A program made the position numbers and the translations under genes. A stretch of DNA of 64,000 nt from Candidatus Bathyarchaeota archaeon (GTDB taxonomy: Archaea; Thermoproteota; Bathyarchaeia; Bathyarchaeales; Bathycorpusculaceae), in contig CAVZIW010000006.1 in the NCBI GenBank assembly GCA_963775465.1, positions 224,001 to 288,000 on the forward strand, given 5' to 3'. Within the stretch, counting starts at the first letter, position 1, and each line of letters opens with the position of its first letter. This document shows positions 58,961 to 64,000 of this stretch, piece by piece. The notes beneath the pieces are model-generated. The model saw only the letters and a list, made by a program, of their open reading frames with translations, was not told where the DNA came from and ran no database searches.

Positions 58961-60580
58961 TTGATAAATAAGCCTCGCACAATTTTGGCTATCGTGCTTA
59001 TCGTATTTACCCTTTCAGTAAACTTCGACTTTGTTCCGATTAAGGCTGCTGATTCACAGGCTTCCTGGAGTTTGTTATCTCCCATGCCTACTCCCCGAGG
59101 AGGACTCGGGTTGGCTGTTGCAGGTGGCAAAATCTATGCCATTGGTGGGGTAACAGAAGATAATAAGCCAGTTAGTATAACTGAAGAGTACAATCCCGCT
59201 ACAAATCAGTGGACAAACAAAATGTCGATGCCTACTGCCAGAAGTGCCTTTGCTATATCAGTCTATCAAGGAAAGATTTACGTAATTGGTGGTACAGTTG
59301 GCAATAATGGGTATGTTGGAAACAACGAAGTATATGATCCGGCGACTAACACTTGGCAAACAAAAGCCTCCATGCCAACTCCAAGAAGTGACCTGTCTGC
59401 AAACATAGTTGACAATAAAATCTATTTAATAGGCGGAAAAAGATATTCGAGTGCTAGCCCCTTTTATGGTGAAACCAATATTAACGAAGTCTATGACCCT
59501 ACAAGCGACACATGGACCACAAAAAGTCCGATTCCAATTGCAGTTGAAGGATATGGTTCTGCAGCTATAGATAGTAAAATCTACATTTTAGGGGGCTCAA
59601 GATATCTGAGCAGCTCAGGAAGTTCCACCAGCATTTCAAACAATCAAGTTTATGACGCTCAAAATGACAACTGGACTTCGGCTAAGGTTTTACCTGAAGG
59701 TGCAAGTTACGGGGCAACAGCAACCACTGAAGGATTTATGGCGCCGATTTTGACCTATTTTATTGGTGGACTAATAGACGGCCAAAATAGTGGCGAAACC
59801 CAAATTTTTAACTCTACAGACAATTCTTGGGTCTCTGGCGACCCGATGCTAACTCCTAGAGCTTACTTTGGTTTGGCAGTTCTTAATGATGTTCTTTATG
59901 CAATCGGTGGATTTGATGGGCAAGAATGGTTAGATATCAATGAGCGTTACCAACCAGTGGGTTATGGTACTATTCCTCCAAAAGTGCTGGTTACTTCACC
60001 TGAAAATAATACCTATGCTGAAGCCAAATTATCTTTTACAGTTAATCGTGGTGTTGATTGGATTGGATATAGTTTGGATAATCAAGCCAATGTGACAATC
60101 AAATCTGAAATTGCCCTCACAAATCTTACTGATGGAAGTCACAAAATAACTTTGTTTGCTAATGATAGTTTTGGTAATATGGGTAATTCAAATACTGTTT
60201 TCTTTTCTATAGATACTCAACCGCCGGTTATCAATGTGCTGCTGCCACAAAATCGAACCTACGATTCAACTGACATTCAATTGACATTTGTATTGAACGA
60301 GCAAGCTGCAAACATTTCTTACAGTTTAGATGAACAAGAAAAAATATCAATTATCGGAAACGTTACTCTTCCAGCATTATCGGATGGTTCACATCATGTA
60401 ACACTTTACGCATCAGACGAAACTGGAAATTCAGGTGACGTAACAGTTTACTTCAATATTTCCTCTTTTCCAACCCTCGAGGTAGCCGCGGGGGTTGCGC
60501 TCGTAATAATCGCGTTAGCGTCAGGGTATATATTCTTAAAACGAAAAAACCCCACTCCCTCAAAAGGGAAGGTAACTTAA
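58961..60580 (+). CDS. secreted Kelch-repeat protein with two Ig-like domains and C-terminal membrane anchor
   Basis: Signal peptide; repeats MPTPR...KIYAIGG...EEYNPATNQW; LTDGSHKITLFAND and LSDGSHHVTLYASD; TM followed by KRK. Confidence 0.92.
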   Translation: MINKPRTILAIVLIVFTLSVNFDFVPIKAADSQASWSLLSPMPTPRGGLGLAVAGGKIYAIGGVTEDNKPVSITEEYNPATNQWTNKMSMPTARSAFAISVYQGKIYVIGGTVGNNGYVGNNEVYDPATNTWQTKASMPTPRSDLSANIVDNKIYLIGGKRYSSASPFYGETNINEVYDPTSDTWTTKSPIPIAVEGYGSAAIDSKIYILGGSRYLSSSGSSTSISNNQVYDAQNDNWTSAKVLPEGASYGATATTEGFMAPILTYFIGGLIDGQNSGETQIFNSTDNSWVSGDPMLTPRAYFGLAVLNDVLYAIGGFDGQEWLDINERYQPVGYGTIPPKVLVTSPENNTYAEAKLSFTVNRGVDWIGYSLDNQANVTIKSEIALTNLTDGSHKITLFANDSFGNMGNSNTVFFSIDTQPPVINVLLPQNRTYDSTDIQLTFVLNEQAANISYSLDEQEKISIIGNVTLPALSDGSHHVTLYASDETGNSGDVTVYFNISSFPTLEVAAGVALVIIALASGYIFLKRKNPTPSKGKVT

Positions 60581-60691
60581 GCAACTTAAGACCCTACTTG
60601 ACTAAATATGTTAAAAAAGATCTCTGTTACTGTCCTTTGAACCAGAAAATCTTAATTAATAAAAAACAATGCATCCAGAGCAGGAAATCAA

Positions 60692-60943
60692 ATGGGCTAC
60701 AAAATCGATTATCTTTGTGCTGAAAGAGTTTATTGTTCATCCAAGATTGTTATTGCGGACAGGATTTTTTATGCTAAACACTTTTCTGGTGGTACCTCAC
60801 ATTTTTTTTCAGGAGATCAACAAGGTGTTATTCAAAAAGAAATTTCAGAAGCTGAATTCAATTTATGGATAAATGTTTTAGCTGATAATGAAAAAGATGT
60901 GGCTGAAATTCAAAAGAAAATGTCGTTGGGAAAAAAATACTAA
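60692..60943 (+). CDS. hypothetical protein
   Basis: 83-aa ORF with an AGGA SD and plausible composition. Confidence 0.55.
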   Translation: MGYKIDYLCAERVYCSSKIVIADRIFYAKHFSGGTSHFFSGDQQGVIQKEISEAEFNLWINVLADNEKDVAEIQKKMSLGKKY

Positions 60944-61368
60944 TATTCTCAGTTGTCTATGATGAGTTTTCTTGACAGCTATTAACATAACTTGATGAAA
61001 TATCATTTAAGACTATTCAGTTAACAACTAGAATAATAAAATAATAATCGTTATATTCCGGTGCTAATGCGGATTGCTTTGTTTTAACTAAAAATTGCTA
61101 GATGAAAGATAGGTTATATAATTGAATTGTTTAGGGGCTAACGAAACGCTTCGTATTTCTTGATTAATATTTGAGTAGTTCTGTTTTGGTCATTTTTTAT
61201 ATACTGGCTCTTTGAGAAGTTTTATCAAGTGCGTTATAGCGGTCTCTTCGTAAGCCTTTGTTAATTCTTTGCATTTTCAAGGCACCCATAAATATCTTAT
61301 CTGAAAACAGAAAGAAGTTTAAGTTTATAGGCTCTGTTATGTGTAATTAGAAGAGGCTAAGATAAGCT

Positions 61369-62394
61369 ATGCCTGTTGATTTAGTGCCTTGGGATACGAA
61401 CCACAATATGCTTGATGAAGCTAGCAGTCTATATGATGAAGCTGGAACCTTTGACTGCATAGAAAAAGGAGACTTAGTCGCAGTAAAACTCCACGTTGGC
61501 GAATTAGGTAACCCATATTATGTTCAGCCTTTCTTTGTTCACGATATTATTCGCCGGGTTTTAGAGGCTGGTGGCAAACCCTTCCTTACCGACTCAAGCA
61601 CTGCCTACCAAGCTCAAAGGCACAACGCTGTGGATCATATAAAAACTGCTTTCATGAATGGTTTTAACATGGCCCCTTTCATAGTTGCAGACGGATTGAA
61701 AGGCGAAAACTTCCAAAAAGTAAAAACCAAAGGAATCCTTCACGAAATTGAAGTGTCAGGAGCGATCGTGAAAGCTGATGCTATGATAGTAGTTTCGCAC
61801 TGCAAAGGTCATGAACTCAGCGGGTTTGGAGGAGCCATCAAGAACATAGGTATGGGTTGCACATCTGAAGCTGGCAAAATTAGGCAACACAGAGTTGTAG
61901 GTTTAGACATTGACATTTCGAAATGTGTTGGTTGTGGTAAATGCAAAGAAGCATGCATGTTACACCTCCCAAACATAATCGAAGGAAAAGCCCACAACAA
62001 TTCGCCGCTTTGTATGCGTTGTCCAGTTTGCATAGAAGCTTGCCCGATGGATGCAATAAGCTTCATGGGCAAAGAAAATCTCAGCAAAGCATTGGCATCT
62101 GCAGTTGTGGGCGTTTTGTCAACATTTAATCCTAGAAAAGTCGCTTACGTAAGTTTTGCCAAGGATATTGCTGCTGGATGTGATTGTTTACCTAATCCCG
62201 GAGAAATAGTGCTCAAAGATGTGGGTGTTTTTGCATCTGATTCAGCCATCTCGATCGACTCGGCTTTTTTGCGTTCAGTTAATTATGAAGTATTGAACGC
62301 TTTGTCAGAAGTGGATTGTTGGACACAAGTTAAAGAAGCTAAAGCCCTTGGTGTTGAAGGAGAACTTAACCCTTTAATCAATATCTTAGGCTGA
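61369..62394 (+). CDS. DUF362 protein with 2x[4Fe-4S] ferredoxin domain
   Basis: VAVKLHVGE, SHCKGH..SGFGGAIKNIGMG, CVGCGKC and CMRCPVCIEACP motifs. Confidence 0.9.
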   Translation: MPVDLVPWDTNHNMLDEASSLYDEAGTFDCIEKGDLVAVKLHVGELGNPYYVQPFFVHDIIRRVLEAGGKPFLTDSSTAYQAQRHNAVDHIKTAFMNGFNMAPFIVADGLKGENFQKVKTKGILHEIEVSGAIVKADAMIVVSHCKGHELSGFGGAIKNIGMGCTSEAGKIRQHRVVGLDIDISKCVGCGKCKEACMLHLPNIIEGKAHNNSPLCMRCPVCIEACPMDAISFMGKENLSKALASAVVGVLSTFNPRKVAYVSFAKDIAAGCDCLPNPGEIVLKDVGVFASDSAISIDSAFLRSVNYEVLNALSEVDCWTQVKEAKALGVEGELNPLINILG

Positions 62395-63132
62395 CTATTT
62401 TGTAAGACGTTTTCTTCGTTTTCTTTTTAGGACAAGGAATAATCCTAGTATTATAATGAAAGCAAAAGTTCCGATAATTATGTAATGTGATACATTGGCG
62501 ACTTCTCTCCAGTTCGATCCTAAATAGTACCCTACATAAATGAGCAGTGTATTCCAAATTGCACAACCTGCTAATGTGTAGGCAACAAACTTTGATAGTG
62601 GCATTTTTACTGCCCCAGCTGGGAAAGAAATCAGTGTGCGAAAGCCAGGAATTAAACGTCCAAGAAACACCATGGCTGGACCGTATTTAGTAAACCATGA
62701 TGCAACAATTTTTAGCTGGTTTTCTGAGAAGATAGGACGACCAAGCACTCGGTATTTGGTTATAGCTTGAGTTCCTTTGAGTCCAATAAAATAATCTATA
62801 AGAGAACCGATAACGGCTGAAATAGTTGAAACAAAAATCATTATGACGATGTTTAGATTGTACTGTCCAGTCGAAATCAGGTAACCTGCAAACGGCAAGA
62901 TAACTTCACTTGGAATCGGCAGGGAACTGGCTTCAAGTAGCATTAAGCCGAAAACACCAAAATAACCCATTGAACGAATAGTTGTCTTTACATCTTTGGT
63001 GAACGAGAATACAGCACTAATATCGGTTAATATTATAAAAATTATGTAGCTTATCAACACTGCAACTATAGCCAAGATTATGAATTGTGGCGCTTTCCGT
63101 TTTAGTATCTCAACTTTTGAGTGCAAGACCAA
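62395..63132 (-). CDS. DedA family membrane protein
   Basis: LEASSLPIPSEVILPFAG and GRLIPGFRTLISFPAG motifs. Confidence 0.93.
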   Translation of the reverse strand: MVLHSKVEILKRKAPQFIILAIVAVLISYIIFIILTDISAVFSFTKDVKTTIRSMGYFGVFGLMLLEASSLPIPSEVILPFAGYLISTGQYNLNIVIMIFVSTISAVIGSLIDYFIGLKGTQAITKYRVLGRPIFSENQLKIVASWFTKYGPAMVFLGRLIPGFRTLISFPAGAVKMPLSKFVAYTLAGCAIWNTLLIYVGYYLGSNWREVANVSHYIIIGTFAFIIILGLFLVLKRKRRKRLTK

Positions 63133-63368
63133 AGATAACCGTTCTACCTATTTAAACAAACAAGAATTTTAACTTGTACTATATTTCTTGATAAAATCAG
63201 GAAACTACACCAGAATAGGGTATTAATTGGCCGAGCTGTTTTTTGGCTCTGTTTTTTTTTAGATCACATATCTTCGATAAAGCCTTTTATTAATGAAAGA
63301 TTAGTGCCAGTTAGCATAGAGATATTAGGTGGGCTTCGTATTTTTACTTCTCTTTAAGTGCTGATTGT

Positions 63369-63785
63369 ATGGAGTGTAAATTACAAGTTTTTAAGCGGCT
63401 ACAAACGGAAAGTTTAGCAAAAACTTATCGTTTTGCCGTACTGGATTTTAGTAAGTCTAAAGATTATCCTGCGAACTTCGTTTGTATGTTACCTATAAAA
63501 GTTGACCAGCGAAAGGGAAAAACTCCAAATGTATTCGGTGAGCTTTTTGGTGAAAAAAGCCTTAAATTTGCAATAGAACTGCTGAACGATGCTCTTGAAA
63601 GCGAGAGTGATGTCGAAGTCAAAGCAGAGTTAGAAAGAAGACTCAAGCTCATTGATCCCAATCAAATTACTCTCATCAAGTGTAGTCAGTGTAAAAAGCC
63701 CTTTCAACCGCGAAAAATAAGAAAATACAAGAAAAACTTTTGCGATGATTGTATCAAGTCAAGATATAGCCAAAGACAATACTGA
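63369..63785 (+). CDS. hypothetical protein with C-terminal Zn-finger
   Basis: YPANFVCMLP; CSQC...CDDC. Confidence 0.7.
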   Translation: MECKLQVFKRLQTESLAKTYRFAVLDFSKSKDYPANFVCMLPIKVDQRKGKTPNVFGELFGEKSLKFAIELLNDALESESDVEVKAELERRLKLIDPNQITLIKCSQCKKPFQPRKIRKYKKNFCDDCIKSRYSQRQY

Positions 63786-64000
63786 TTAATAGCCGCTTTC
63801 CTCTGAACGAGAATGGCAATTAAAAATTGTAAAAAAGTCTTTCAATAATTAAATGGATATTGGTTCCTGAAGCAAGAGTTATATTTTTACAAAGTTTGTA
63901 GATTTTGCTCAAAAAAAGCGTTTTTGATATAATGTTATCTGAAAAAACCAGAATTCAGTTTTGTTCTTATTGTCGAGGCAAAATGGAATTTATTTTCCAT

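Overview
Archaeal chromosomal window, most consistent with Bathyarchaeia (TACK), judging by Nop5/fibrillarin, archaeal CCA-adding enzyme, a tRNA splicing endonuclease subunit, DUF1512, a stand-alone 5S rRNA and a Kelch/Ig surface protein. Housekeeping genes occupy about 2.5-30.4 kb and 43.5-64 kb. Between galT and a GT39 gene lies a ~13 kb accessory island (about 30.5-43.4 kb) with four parts. (i) A cobalamin-dependent radical SAM gene translationally coupled to a protein carrying four (W/V)MEPAH motifs, downstream of a large beta-propeller gene. (ii) An RRE-radical SAM/SPASM gene followed by a protein with tandem PACWSCGTGP repeats. (iii) An integrase-tail-like ORF next to a tRNA 5' fragment. 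(iv) A three-gene contractile-injection-system module (sheath, tube, tube-initiator/AAA fusion) with no baseplate. Outside the island there is a wHTH-ATP-cone-class III RNR fusion lacking catalytic residues, and an unannotated four-way-junction RNA candidate near 2.1 kb. All calls come from motif recognition by eye; no database search was run.
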